A stretch of DNA of 27,186 nucleotides from the IMG/VR virus record IMGVR_UViG_2537561936_000020, positions 1 through 27,186 of that record; one strand, 5' to 3'. The stretch comes from a virus. Lineage: Duplodnaviria > Heunggongvirae > Uroviricota > Caudoviricetes. The notes below the pieces were generated by a model that made no database searches, was not told the origin of the DNA, and saw only the letters and a program-made list of their open reading frames with translations. A program made the position numbers and the translations under genes. Of the stretch, positions 8,581-17,909 are shown in pieces (position 1 is the stretch's first letter; each line of letters starts with the position of its first letter).

Positions 8581-9031
8581 CCCACGTCACATCCTGGAAT
8601 ACATGCGACCAGTCGCCTTCGGAAGATGGCAGGCGGGGTTTTGGCTCCGGCAGGTGTTCTGCCTGCGGTGTGCCCTGACTGCTGCGCGTGATGCGAACGC
8701 GTTCCCGCAGGGGGAGCGTAAACAGGAGATCGGCGCTGTCATCGTCATTGATAACGGCGGAGAATTTGATGTCCTGATTACGCTCAGGGTTGAGCAACAA
8801 CTGTGGCTGATTTTCGGATAACCACGCCAGCAGCGGCAGCGTGAGGTCGTCCAGCTCCCCGGCGTAATCCATGACAAACATCACCATCTGATAGCGGTAA
8901 ACAAACGAGGGCGTTTCTCCGGTCGTTTCAATGTTGCCGCTCTCCACGAAAATGGTGAATTTTTCCGGGTTGGCCTGACACCATCGGCATGAACGGGTCA
9001 TGGCTTCACGCAGGGAATCAGTTTTCAGCAT
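8564..9031 (-). CDS. R: Tail completion protein R
   Basis: 155 aa, P2 gpR-like, located immediately after the lysis cassette. Confidence 0.7.
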   Translation of the reverse strand: MLKTDSLREAMTRSCRWCQANPEKFTIFVESGNIETTGETPSFVYRYQMVMFVMDYAGELDDLTLPLLAWLSENQPQLLLNPERNQDIKFSAVINDDDSADLLFTLPLRERVRITRSSQGTPQAEHLPEPKPRLPSSEGDWSHVFQDVTWGESDG

Positions 9032-9338
9032 GGTTGTTGTCCTCGTTGTTCAGTCGTTGCAGTCTGCGCTGTTCCAGTAATTCAATGGCCCGTTTATCCG
9101 CGTTACAGGTTTCCAGTGCATCCAGAAGGCGGTCGCCCCATATACCGAGATTTCCCCATGTGGGAGTATCAGGGAAGGGGGGAGGCATTACTGGTATGGT
9201 CAGCGTCTGCGGTATAAGCCGGACTGACGGCGCTGGCCGTGGCGCGTTCTGCGTGCCTGCGCAACCTGTCAGTAAAACGAGCGTCAGGCAAAGCGTGGGC
9301 GCATTCATCTTTTGCAATATCGTTGCGTAGCTGTTCAC
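9018..9338 (-). CDS. lysC: Outer-membrane lipoprotein spanin (o-spanin, LysC/Rz1-like)
   Basis: Signal peptide with lipobox LLTGC and a proline-rich mature part. Starts inside lysB in another frame and extends past it, as in P2 lysB/lysC. Alternative start at Met11. Confidence 0.7.
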   Translation of the reverse strand: MNSYATILQKMNAPTLCLTLVLLTGCAGTQNAPRPAPSVRLIPQTLTIPVMPPPFPDTPTWGNLGIWGDRLLDALETCNADKRAIELLEQRRLQRLNNEDNNHAEN

Positions 9339-9576
9339 GTCTGGCCTCTCCGTCCTGATTTCGCTGTTGATTTTCCACGCGGAGTTGCGCCAGCACCTGC
9401 TGCATATCCTGTACCCCGGTGCTGATGATATTCAGGGTGTCGACGGTACTTTTCAGGGCGCTGGCCTGCGCTTCGTTTCTGGCGTTCTCCCGGCCCAGCG
9501 ACCACGACAGACGCATGGATGTTCCCCATCCAGCAATCAGAAGGAAAGCGACGCCCAGCGTGGGCCAGAGCTTCAT
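9169..9576 (-). CDS. lysB: Inner-membrane spanin (i-spanin, LysB/Rz-like)
   Basis: Start taken at MKLWPTLGVAFLLIAGW (N-terminal TM), forming an ATGA overlap with the endolysin stop; coiled-coil-like remainder. ORF-track upstream extension rejected. Confidence 0.7.
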   Translation of the reverse strand: MKLWPTLGVAFLLIAGWGTSMRLSWSLGRENARNEAQASALKSTVDTLNIISTGVQDMQQVLAQLRVENQQRNQDGEARREQLRNDIAKDECAHALPDARFTDRLRRHAERATASAVSPAYTADADHTSNASPLP

Positions 9577-9965
9577 GCCGGATAGGCTCCGTGTGGTAAC
9601 TGAAAATGCGGTCCGTCTTTCAGGGTCTTCCAGTCGCCGCCCCATTCCACCGGAATATTCAGTTCCCGGCTGGCCTGTCTGAATGCTGCTGCGATTTTTT
9701 CGTACAGCGGCCATTCCCATGACACCTGGTTGCCGATATAAGCCACAACATCCACGGCATGTCCCGTAAGGTGGCGGCTGTTCATGGTCTGGCTCTTACC
9801 TGTGGCCACAAGTTGCTTCTGGCGGTAACGGCTGCGCAACCCTTCTGTGATACCAAAATCCACTTCCGAAATTTCCAGTGCCCGTCGGGTCACTTTCACC
9901 AGATCAGGATTTACGCTCTGCAAATTCTTTTCGCTCCGGCTGCTGAATTTAAATGTGTTGCTCAT
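9573..9965 (-). CDS. Endolysin, peptidase M15-type (L-alanyl-D-glutamate peptidase family)
   Basis: 130 aa. SRHLTGHAVDV … DGPHFQL metal-binding motifs typical of M15 endolysins. ATGA overlap with the holin stop. Confidence 0.8.
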   Translation of the reverse strand: MSNTFKFSSRSEKNLQSVNPDLVKVTRRALEISEVDFGITEGLRSRYRQKQLVATGKSQTMNSRHLTGHAVDVVAYIGNQVSWEWPLYEKIAAAFRQASRELNIPVEWGGDWKTLKDGPHFQLPHGAYPA

Positions 9966-10285
9966 TCGTCCTTCTCCTTCACCCTGCGATTAAAGGCCGC
10001 AATAACCTTGTCGCGTGCTTTCTCTGCACCCATAAAACCGATTGATGCGCCGATAAACGTCACGGCATCTTCAGGAAACCCGAAGAAGCGCAACGACCCG
10101 GCCACGGCCATGGCAAGAACGCCGCACGCCAGCGATCCCGTTACGGTCTGAACCAGTGTTCGTCCGTCATAAAGACTCATCAGCGCGGAAATGCTGACTG
10201 CCGCGCCTACTGCATACACCGTTGGCAGGTGGTCAAAGAGCCACGCAATAACCTGCTCTGTGATCCCTGTTTGAATGGTGCTCAC
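9962..10285 (-). CDS. Putative holin
   Basis: About 107 aa with two or three hydrophobic segments (VIAWLFDHLPTVYAVGAAVSISALMSL; LACGVLAMAVAGSLRFFGF) and a charged C-terminus. Candidate GTG start at 10283-10285 has GGGGGAG 5-11 nt upstream. The ORF-track start 10504 overlaps gene X and is rejected. Confidence 0.55.
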   Translation of the reverse strand: MSTIQTGITEQVIAWLFDHLPTVYAVGAAVSISALMSLYDGRTLVQTVTGSLACGVLAMAVAGSLRFFGFPEDAVTFIGASIGFMGAEKARDKVIAAFNRRVKEKDE

Positions 10286-10287
10286 TG

Positions 10288-10488
10288 CTACTCCCCCCAC
10301 AACTGAATCATTTCTCGTTTCTTCTTCTCCGGCTCCGGCATCTCCACCTCCTGCCCGGCGTCCAGAAATACCTGCTGACAGAGTCCGGGGTTGGCATCCA
10401 GCACCTTTTCGGTGACGCCCTGCGTCGTGCCGTAGTACCGGAAACAGAGCGAATCCACGGTGTCGCCTTCCAGTGCCTTCACTTTCAT
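10288..10488 (-). CDS. X: Tail protein X (LysM-like)
   Basis: From Met12: MKVKALEGDTVDSLCFRYYGTTQGVTEKVLDANPGL… resembles P2 gpX (MKTFALQGDTLDAICVRYYGRTEGVVETVLAANPGL). 67 aa. Confidence 0.85.
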   Translation of the reverse strand: MKVKALEGDTVDSLCFRYYGTTQGVTEKVLDANPGLCQQVFLDAGQEVEMPEPEKKKREMIQLWGE

Positions 10489-10991
10489 CAGCACAACTCC
10501 GCAAAGATTCGCGGGCGGCACAGAATGTCAGAGATGGCCCAGCTCACATCGCGCCACAAATCCGATGTCTGTATATCCAGTGCGTCCGCCCGGCGGTCGC
10601 CCTTATCCGTTGTATCCGCATCGCGGTAACGCTCCAGAATCAGGGCGCGTGTGGCGGTGTAAACCGCATTGCGCCAGTGCCAGAGATTGACGCTTTCTCC
10701 GTTAATTACGGGTGCCGGAACATCGGCCAGCGTCTGATGGCCAGCCGCCTGCTGTTCCTGCTGCCACGCTTCCAGCTCGCGGGTAACGTGTGCCACGGCC
10801 CCGGTGGCGGTATGCAGCAGGCGGGAGGTGGTCACGCGCCCCGGCAGTCGTACCGCCAGACGCAGCTCACGCAGCACAATATCCGGCCAGAATGCACCTG
10901 CTGAAATACGGGTATCACCATCATCGGTATCGGTGATGTCGTCCTCTGCGGGTCCGGGGTTGGTTCTGGCAACCATACTCATGGGGTTCAC
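10488..10991 (-). CDS. L: Head completion protein L
   Basis: 167 aa, P2 gpL-like, positioned between M and X. Confidence 0.75.
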   Translation of the reverse strand: MNPMSMVARTNPGPAEDDITDTDDGDTRISAGAFWPDIVLRELRLAVRLPGRVTTSRLLHTATGAVAHVTRELEAWQQEQQAAGHQTLADVPAPVINGESVNLWHWRNAVYTATRALILERYRDADTTDKGDRRADALDIQTSDLWRDVSWAISDILCRPRIFAELC

Positions 10992-11003
10992 TCCTGAAAA
11001 AAT

Positions 11004-11068
11004 CGGGCGGTGGGTGCGCGGTGTAAACGGTCACGGAGTCAAACCGGAACACCGCGCACGCCGCCCGC
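11004..11068. other. Long GC-rich imperfect hairpin in the M-L intergenic gap
   Basis: CGGGCGGTGGGTGCGCGGTGT … ACACCGCGCACGCCGCCCG, arms about 19 bp with a 25-nt loop. Confidence 0.4.
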
Positions 11069-11083
11069 TGACGGGGTCAGTCG

Positions 11084-11884
11084 TTAACCGCGCTTCGCCT
11101 TCTGCGTCGCGGTGGTTTTTCGTGTTGCAGGCTTCCGCGTTGTCTTTTTACTTTTGCTGCTTTCGTCCTGCGCCTGCGGTGTGCTGGCATCTTCTGGTGC
11201 GGCTGCGGAATCGGCTTTTTTCAGGGCGCGGGAAAGGGTTGCAATCTCGCGTTTCACACCTGCGTTCGGGTTCAGGTGCATTGCTTCGCGCAGCAGCTTC
11301 AGTGACAGTGCCATGCTGTCCGCATCGCTCAGGCCACGGCGGGCAAAGGCGCACGCCTTGCATAATTTGGCGCGCACTTCGTCCGGCATGTCCTGGTCGG
11401 TGACAATCTCCCGGAGGGTATCCAGTGGTTCGATAAAGGCGGACAAATCCGCGTCGGCATCCGTCCCGGCCTGCGTCAGTACCGGGTTGCAGATTTCTTC
11501 GGTCAGCACTGTGGCAGCAGTACGGCCAAAGTTATCCGGCATAATGAGGTTATGACGGACCACATACGCACCAATACGCAACGCCAGCGGAAGATCGCCG
11601 CAGTCAATTGCCCACACCATCAGCGTGGCAATCACTTCATCCTGCTGCCCGCCGTCAGCCTCCAGCGTTCCCTCAATCCAGCCGGAAAAGTCCGGCAACA
11701 ACTCTTTTTTGATGGCGGCTTTCGCGCTTCTGGCCTGTACGCCCTTAAGCCGGGCCTGTGCCAGACGCAGACGATACAGCACCTCTTCATGCGCGGTACG
11801 CGCGGCGTGGTCCACGCCTTCATTCGCCCGGCCTGCGCGCTGTGCCATCACGTTCTGCCAGTGTTGCTGTGCAGGAGTAATCAT
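11084..11884 (-). CDS. M: Terminase endonuclease (small) subunit M
   Basis: 266 aa. …DMPDEVRAKL…LNPNAGVKREI… and a basic lysine-rich tail match P2 gpM. Confidence 0.85.
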   Translation of the reverse strand: MITPAQQHWQNVMAQRAGRANEGVDHAARTAHEEVLYRLRLAQARLKGVQARSAKAAIKKELLPDFSGWIEGTLEADGGQQDEVIATLMVWAIDCGDLPLALRIGAYVVRHNLIMPDNFGRTAATVLTEEICNPVLTQAGTDADADLSAFIEPLDTLREIVTDQDMPDEVRAKLCKACAFARRGLSDADSMALSLKLLREAMHLNPNAGVKREIATLSRALKKADSAAAPEDASTPQAQDESSKSKKTTRKPATRKTTATQKAKRG

Positions 11885-11929
11885 TTTTTCTCTCCGTTAC
11901 AGGCGGGCATGATTCCCGCCGTGAGTTGA

Positions 11930-12982
11930 TTAGCTGTCGGCGAACTTCAGGCCAGTGACCATCGCGCACTTGCCATAGTCTTCAACGACATAAGCGTCAT
12001 TGATGGACTGGTAGGTGGCGATGCGGTTGTATTCCGGCTCGTCTTTCATCAGGCGACGCATTGAACCTTTCTGCCAGTAAATCGACAGGTTGTTGAACGA
12101 GGTGATCAGCATCGTTGCATCCGGGAAGAACGGCGCAAGGAACACGCCCAGCCCGCCAATGGTGCGCGATGACAGGATGAGCTGCCCGGCAAGTAATTCC
12201 GCATTGGGATTCTGGCCGCTGATGCTGTTCAGCACGGGCAGACGCAGCGAGTTAAACAGATTGCGCCCCATAATCACCACGAGGTCGTCAGCTTCCTTGT
12301 GCCATTCATCCAGCAGGGATGAACGCGCGTCCTGTACCAGTGCATCAGCGTTCGCATACTTACCCGCGTGCGCCACGGTGTTGTCCATGTTGCGGGAGGT
12401 CAGCGTCACGTCATTCATAACGCGTTCGCTGGCGTCGGTTCTGATGTGCTCCAGCCATCCCACGTTAACGTCCTGAAGCAGCTTGTTGGTGCTGAAGTTG
12501 GACTCATCCGCGTGTGACGTGCCGTTAAAGCCGATCATGATGCGGTCAAGCGCCACCTGTCGGGCAATCTGTGCGCTGATGCGGGTCTGAAAATCAGGGT
12601 GTGCCGACCAGGCATCAAGCTGCGGATACGAAATAAACGTGTCGTAGTTCACCTGTTCGCACTGGTATTTGCGGTTTTTCAGATCAACCACGTTATTCGG
12701 GTTACGGCGTTTTGTGCCGTCATAACTGGTATTCGTGCGTGCAATTGGCCCGGTGGTGTCCAGGAGGATTTTTTCGCCTTTCTGGTCGGTCACGCCGATC
12801 ACGTTAATTCTTTTTGTAAATTCGGTGCTTTCCTTTGAGGCGTTTTCAAAACGCTGCTGTACCGAGGGTTCCACGGTAAATCGCGATACCAGTGCGGAAA
12901 CCGGGATATTGTTAAGCGACGCCTGCTGCGCCATATAGCAACCCAGCTTGTTGCGGGCATTATCTGACATCACCAGATTCAT
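11930..12982 (-). CDS. N: Major capsid protein N
   Basis: 350 aa. FTVEPS…GFNG…DPDLVVIMGR…NLSIYWQ…VVEDY pattern of P2 gpN. Confidence 0.9.
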   Translation of the reverse strand: MNLVMSDNARNKLGCYMAQQASLNNIPVSALVSRFTVEPSVQQRFENASKESTEFTKRINVIGVTDQKGEKILLDTTGPIARTNTSYDGTKRRNPNNVVDLKNRKYQCEQVNYDTFISYPQLDAWSAHPDFQTRISAQIARQVALDRIMIGFNGTSHADESNFSTNKLLQDVNVGWLEHIRTDASERVMNDVTLTSRNMDNTVAHAGKYANADALVQDARSSLLDEWHKEADDLVVIMGRNLFNSLRLPVLNSISGQNPNAELLAGQLILSSRTIGGLGVFLAPFFPDATMLITSFNNLSIYWQKGSMRRLMKDEPEYNRIATYQSINDAYVVEDYGKCAMVTGLKFADS

Positions 12983-13005
12983 AAAAAATTTGCTCCTTTG
13001 TCTTA

Positions 13006-13837
13006 TCAGAAGTCAGCCAGCTGGTCGGAGGCTGCGCCCGTTGCGGTGAACCGGTTCTGCGGATCGCCGTCCTGCGTGCGCAGTTTTTCCTTCAGTGCTG
13101 TCAGCTCTGTGGTCAGCGAAGTGATTTTCTGGCTGTCCTGCTGATGGCGGGTTTCCAGTGCATTAAAACGGTCGATAATGTCGGCCTGTGATGTTGCGAC
13201 ACCTTCCAGCGCTTCCTGAATACGGGAGAAACTGGCGTCATCCGCTTTGCGGCCACGGCCAATAATCCCCATTACGCGGTTAAACCACTGGGTGCCTTCT
13301 TCCTGACGTTGTTCGGTGAGTTCGATAAGTTCTGACTCCATAGCGGCGGTAAACATCGCCACGTCTCCCTGCTGACAGTTGAATGTCATCAGCGCCTGAC
13401 GTTGCTGTGCCGTGAATTTCAGGCGCTCAGTGCCCAGGCTTGCCGGGGTGTCGGTCATCGCCAGCCCGACCAGATAGGCGCGCCCGTTAACGGAGAACTG
13501 CGGGTGCAGTTCGATACTGGAATAGATTTTCTTGCCATCGACAAGCAGCATCATGCGAGCGGTCGGCTCAATTTCGGCATACAGCGCAGTACGGCCGGCC
13601 AGCGGACCATCCGTAATGTCTTCCGTACTCAACCCCACAACATCGCCCATAGCGGAAAACTCGCTGCCGGGCATGGCGACAGATGTGCTCAATATTCACA
13701 CGTGCACCATAAACGGACGGGTTATAACTGGTGGCGGCAGCTTTCAGCATGTCGCCGTTGATTTCGCGCCCGTCTGCCGTCACACCGGAGACAGCCACGC
13801 GAAACTTTTTGCGGGATGTCTTTTTTTCATTAGTCAT
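13006..13837 (-). CDS. O: Capsid scaffold protein O, apparently frameshifted near 13667-13672
   Basis: N-terminal part (MTNEKK…PSVYGARVNIEH) is in the frame of ORF 13568..13870; the remainder (PGSEFSAMGDVVGL…YLVGLAMTDTPASLGTE) is in the frame of ORF 13006..13692. Both halves align to P2 gpO. Confidence 0.6.
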
Positions 13838-13991
13838 AGTTTTTGCCCCTCTGACTGGTTCTTCAGTCATGATGGCAAAGCGTAACAGGCTGATACAAAG
13901 GGCTTTTGTTGTAAGAAAACGGCCAGAACAGGGGGTTAAGGAGAACGGTTTCGCGCGCGGGTAATCTTCCTGTAATTACTCAGGGGGAGCA
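13838..13991. promoter_or_regulatory. Divergent late-promoter region between O and P
   Basis: 154-bp gap between divergently oriented O and P, as for the P2 late promoters. Contains the near-dyad ACAAAGGGCTTTTGT. No precise promoter assigned. Confidence 0.35.
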
Positions 13992-15743
13992 ATGATTCAG
14001 GACGCTTTTGTGCGCCAGCGTGCGCGGCAACTTTACTGGCAGGGTTATCCGCCCGCAGAAATATCACGTCTGATGGGAATAAACCCGAACACGATTTATG
14101 CGTGGAAAAAACGCGACCAGTGGGATGAAACACCACCCGTGCAGCGTGTCACGCAGTCCATCGATGCGCGCCTCATCCAGCTTACTGAAAAACAGAATAA
14201 AACAGGTGGTGACTTTAAGGAAATAGACCTGCTGACCCGGCAGCTTAAAAAACTGCATGATGGCCAGCCGGATGCGACGGTCACAGGAAAGAAAGGCCGG
14301 GCGAAAAAACTCAAAAATCATTTCACGCCGGAACAGATTGCCGCACTGCGGGAAAAAATCATCAGCAGGCTGGAGTGGCATCAGCGGGGCTGGTTTGACT
14401 CTCTGACCCTTTGCAGGGAAGCCGGGATACGTAACAGGATGATCCTGAAATCCCGACAGATTGGGGCGACCTGGTATTTTGCACAGGAAGCACTGCTGAT
14501 GGCACTGCGTGACGATGTGGCACAACCTTACCAGCGTAACCAGATTTTTTTGTCTGCGTCGCGTCGTCAGGCGTTCCAGTTTAAAAGCATTATTCAGAAG
14601 GCCGCGGCTGAAGTTGATGTGGAGCTGAAAGGGGGCGATAAAATCATCCTCTCCAACGGTGCAGAGCTGCATTTTCTTGGTACTTCTGCTGCGACGGCAC
14701 AGTCCTACACGGGCAATTTTTATTTTGATGAATTTTTCTGGGTCAGTCGCTTTGCTGAACTGCGCAAGGTGGCTGGCGCTATGGCAACCCTCAGCGGACT
14801 GCGGCGCACCTACTTCTCCACGCCATCCACCGAAACGCACGAGGCATACGCCTACTGGAACGGCGACCGCTGGAACGAGAAAAAGGCCTCGCATAAACGC
14901 CAGCGTTTTTCTGTGGACTGGAAAACGCTGCATAACGGACTTATCTGCCCTGACCGGACATGGCGGCAGATTGTCACGCTGGAAGATGTGGTTAATCACG
15001 GCTGGAAACACACCGATATTGACGAAATCCGCGATGAAAACACCGAAGACGAGTTCCGCAATCTCTATATGTGTGAGTTTGTCCGCGAAGGGGAATCGGC
15101 ATTTAACCTGAATATCCTGATTGGCTGCGGTGTTGACGGATACGACGACTGGAAAGACTGGAAACCTTTTGCTCCCCGCCCGATGGGAAATCGTCCGGTA
15201 TGGATTGGGTATGACGCAAACGGCAGCAGTGGCAACGGCGACAGCGGCGCTGTGTCCGTGGTGGTTCCTCCGGCTGTTCCTGGTGGCCGTTTTCGAACGG
15301 TGGAGACGCGACGCGTTCAGGGGCTGGAGTTTGAAGAACAGGCCAGAGTCATTGAAGAGTTCACGTGTCGCTACAACGTGGAACACATCGGCATTGATGT
15401 GACGGGCGGGAACGGGGAGGCTGTTTATCAGATAGTGAAGCGGTTTTTCCCTGCTGCTATTCCGTACACCTTCACGCTGTCATCCAAACGGTCGCTGGTA
15501 CTGAAAATGCTGCAAATAATGCGTGCCGGACGGTGGGAATACGATCGCGCCGAACGCGAGCTGGTCGCGGCCTTTAACGCCGTGCGTAAGGTGAAAACAC
15601 CGGGCGGCTTTATCACTTACGAAACGGACCGCGCGAGGGGGATCAGCCACGGTGACCTTGCGTGGGCAACCATGCTTGCTGTCATTAACGAACCGATTGG
15701 CGGCGAAGGAGAAAACGAGCGTTTCACGGTTATGGAGTTCTGA
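13992..15743 (+). CDS. P: Terminase ATPase (large) subunit P
   Basis: 583 aa, P2 gpP-like throughout. Confidence 0.9.
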   Translation: MIQDAFVRQRARQLYWQGYPPAEISRLMGINPNTIYAWKKRDQWDETPPVQRVTQSIDARLIQLTEKQNKTGGDFKEIDLLTRQLKKLHDGQPDATVTGKKGRAKKLKNHFTPEQIAALREKIISRLEWHQRGWFDSLTLCREAGIRNRMILKSRQIGATWYFAQEALLMALRDDVAQPYQRNQIFLSASRRQAFQFKSIIQKAAAEVDVELKGGDKIILSNGAELHFLGTSAATAQSYTGNFYFDEFFWVSRFAELRKVAGAMATLSGLRRTYFSTPSTETHEAYAYWNGDRWNEKKASHKRQRFSVDWKTLHNGLICPDRTWRQIVTLEDVVNHGWKHTDIDEIRDENTEDEFRNLYMCEFVREGESAFNLNILIGCGVDGYDDWKDWKPFAPRPMGNRPVWIGYDANGSSGNGDSGAVSVVVPPAVPGGRFRTVETRRVQGLEFEEQARVIEEFTCRYNVEHIGIDVTGGNGEAVYQIVKRFFPAAIPYTFTLSSKRSLVLKMLQIMRAGRWEYDRAERELVAAFNAVRKVKTPGGFITYETDRARGISHGDLAWATMLAVINEPIGGEGENERFTVMEF

Positions 15744-16789
15744 TGAGCAGAAAAAATAAAAAAGTGCGCATGAGTTCACGCATTGATCTCGCTGATGCGC
15801 TCAGGAAAGAATCATCGCTCAGTGCATTCACATTTGATGGTCCTTATCGCCTGACCGGGCATGACCTGCTGGACAATATGTACTGTGCTGATAACGGGCG
15901 GTGGTATGAAACCCCGGTGGACTGGTACGGTCTGGCAAGAGCTGCCCGGCAAACGTCCTGGCATCAGTCTGCGCTTTACTTTAAGCGCAATGTATTGCTC
16001 GGTTGCTACATCCCGCACCCGCTGCTTTCCCGGCAGGATTTCTCGGCGCTGGCGCTGGACTGGTTTGTGTTCGGTAACGCATTCCTTGAGCTTCGGAGCA
16101 ATATGCTCGGCGAACCGCTTAAATTACGGCACGCCCTGGCGAAATACATGCGACGCGGAAGCGATCTTGAATCATGGTGGTATGTGCAGGATGGCAAGGA
16201 CGCGTTCCAGTTTCGCCCTGGCAAAGTGTGCCACCTGATGAATCCGGATATTAACCAGGAAATCTACGGCATGCCGGAATATCTTGGCGCATTACTCTCG
16301 GCCAGCCTGTCTCATTCGGCGGACATGTTCAGAAAACTGTATTACGACAACGGATCCCACGCCGGGTGCATCATCTACATCGGTGCAGCGCAGGTAAACC
16401 GCGAAAGCATGGACTCCCTGAAAGAAACGTTACAGGGTGCGCGTGGTGGTGGTGCGTTTAAAAACGTGCTCATCCACGCGCCCAACGGGGGCAAAGAGGG
16501 GGTGCAAATTTTGCCGTTCCAGCAGATCACCGCAAAGGATGAGTTCATGAATGTTAAGGCGGCATCCCGTGATGATGTGCTGGCTGCGCACCGCGTTCCG
16601 CCGCAACTGATGGGGGCAATGCCGGGCGAAAAAAGTGCGTTTGGTGATGTGGAGAAGGCCGCGCGGGTTTACGCAATTAACGAGCTGATGCCCGTCATGG
16701 AGGCCATGAAGCACATCAATGACTGGCTTGGCGAAGAGGTGATCCGCTTTAACCCTTACGCACTGTTAGACACCCAGCCCACATCCTGA
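15743..16789 (+). CDS. Q: Portal (capsid portal) protein Q
   Basis: 348 aa, P2 gpQ-like. ATG overlaps the P stop (TGATG). Confidence 0.9.
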   Translation: MSRKNKKVRMSSRIDLADALRKESSLSAFTFDGPYRLTGHDLLDNMYCADNGRWYETPVDWYGLARAARQTSWHQSALYFKRNVLLGCYIPHPLLSRQDFSALALDWFVFGNAFLELRSNMLGEPLKLRHALAKYMRRGSDLESWWYVQDGKDAFQFRPGKVCHLMNPDINQEIYGMPEYLGALLSASLSHSADMFRKLYYDNGSHAGCIIYIGAAQVNRESMDSLKETLQGARGGGAFKNVLIHAPNGGKEGVQILPFQQITAKDEFMNVKAASRDDVLAAHRVPPQLMGAMPGEKSAFGDVEKAARVYAINELMPVMEAMKHINDWLGEEVIRFNPYALLDTQPTS

Positions 16790-16815
16790 CGCGCTTCGCT
16801 TGTCTGCTGCTTCGC

Positions 16816-16841
16816 CGGGGCATAAAAAATTTATGCCCCGA
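16816..16841. other. Perfect palindrome downstream of Q (possible terminator or part of the cos region)
   Basis: CGGGGCATAAA-AA-TTTATGCCCCG. No U-tract follows on the + strand. Confidence 0.35.
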
Positions 16842-17243
16842 CTCTCCAGCTCCTGTATCAATCAGATAATTTCACGACGCTTTCCTGCTGATTGCCATCA
16901 TCGACAGTCAGACTCTTACGCAATCCCACCGCGTTGACTGCATGTTCTCGCCGTCTCAGTGCGATTTTGACGGCCTTACCTTTCACCCCATCAAATCAAA
17001 AGCTCTCACGTCTTTTTCATGCTCAGCGTGAGAAATATGGCCATTCTGTTGTATCTCTGCGACATCGTTCAGGGAATGCTATTTACCCCCTGAAACGTGG
17101 GCTGTTCCCCCGTCACCTGCGCGCAGAAAAAACGCGTTTTTTTGTGCACGTACGGATCCTTGACGGATCCAGCCACCACGCGGGCCGGAAGTACAAAAAG
17201 TCGTTCAAAAAAATTGTGCAAACTTGTGCACTATCGTGCAAAC

Positions 17244-17266
17244 AAAAAAAGCGCCTTATCGGCGCT
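17244..17266 (-). terminator. Rho-independent terminator for ORF 17276..17545
   Basis: On the - strand: stem AGCGCC/GGCGCT with a 5-nt loop followed by T7, immediately after the stop codon. Confidence 0.65.
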
Positions 17267-17275
17267 TCAAAAGTA

Positions 17276-17545
17276 TCAATTGTTGCTGTTTATTAATCGC
17301 CAACCACGAACATATGCTTCATAGGCATCTCTGTGCCTTACAGTTCCAGCCTGGCTAAACGGAATGTTAGCTAAAACTAAATCATTCTGAGCCATAGCGC
17401 GTCCTTCAAGCGCATCTTTTATGCCTAGCTCAAAAGCACAGGCAGCGCATTTGTGCCGACCTTCTTGTCCTTGATATTCAGGGAGAGACAGAAATGTTGG
17501 ATTATAACGATGAGGGTTCTTGCAAATACCTGTTTTAGCCCGCAC
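17276..17545 (-). CDS. Hypothetical protein in the old/tin-equivalent cargo position
   Basis: 89 aa. GTG start with GAGGT 9 nt upstream; own terminator downstream. Contains a C…H…CxxC pattern; function not recognised. Confidence 0.5.
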   Translation of the reverse strand: MRAKTGICKNPHRYNPTFLSLPEYQGQEGRHKCAACAFELGIKDALEGRAMAQNDLVLANIPFSQAGTVRHRDAYEAYVRGWRLINSNN

Positions 17546-17682
17546 TTTATTTACCTCATAGGAAAAATATGCGTGCCTTTACAGAGGTGCGTGTAAGCAA
17601 TAAAATATACGACGCACATTTTGATTTACTTCGGAAGGCACGCATATCAGGTTAAGTGAGTCCGACCGAGTTTTACGCCCCA

Positions 17683-17715
17683 ATAGTTGCTGCTATTGGG
17701 GCGTTTTGCATGGAC
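17683..17715 (+). other. Stem-loop with short T-tract (candidate + strand terminator or sRNA 3' end)
   Basis: GCCCCAATAG-ttgctg-CTATTGGGGC followed by GTTTTG. Confidence 0.35.
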
Positions 17716-17909
17716 AATGCCGCGCAATTATCTTGTCGCTCACAATGCGAACGATCTTACAAAAAGGCACATTACTGTCAAGATAATTGATCGTTTTAAT
17801 CGATAGATAATAGACAATCTATTTGTTTAACAGATCGATTATTGAAGTAAGTGTGCCAAATGGAATGATACTGTCTCTATAAACGTGAGCATTTTTCGCG
17901 CAGATGCTT

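Noticed and set aside
16790-17275. Exact P2-type cos site (19-nt cohesive end)
   Set aside because: No match to the P2 or 186 cohesive-end sequences as I recall them. Only the general location is inferred from synteny.
16892-17324. Two + strand ORFs (134 aa and 75 aa) in the Q-downstream region
   Set aside because: Low-complexity, basic, non-protein-like translations with no ribosome-binding site; they run across palindromes and the - strand terminator.
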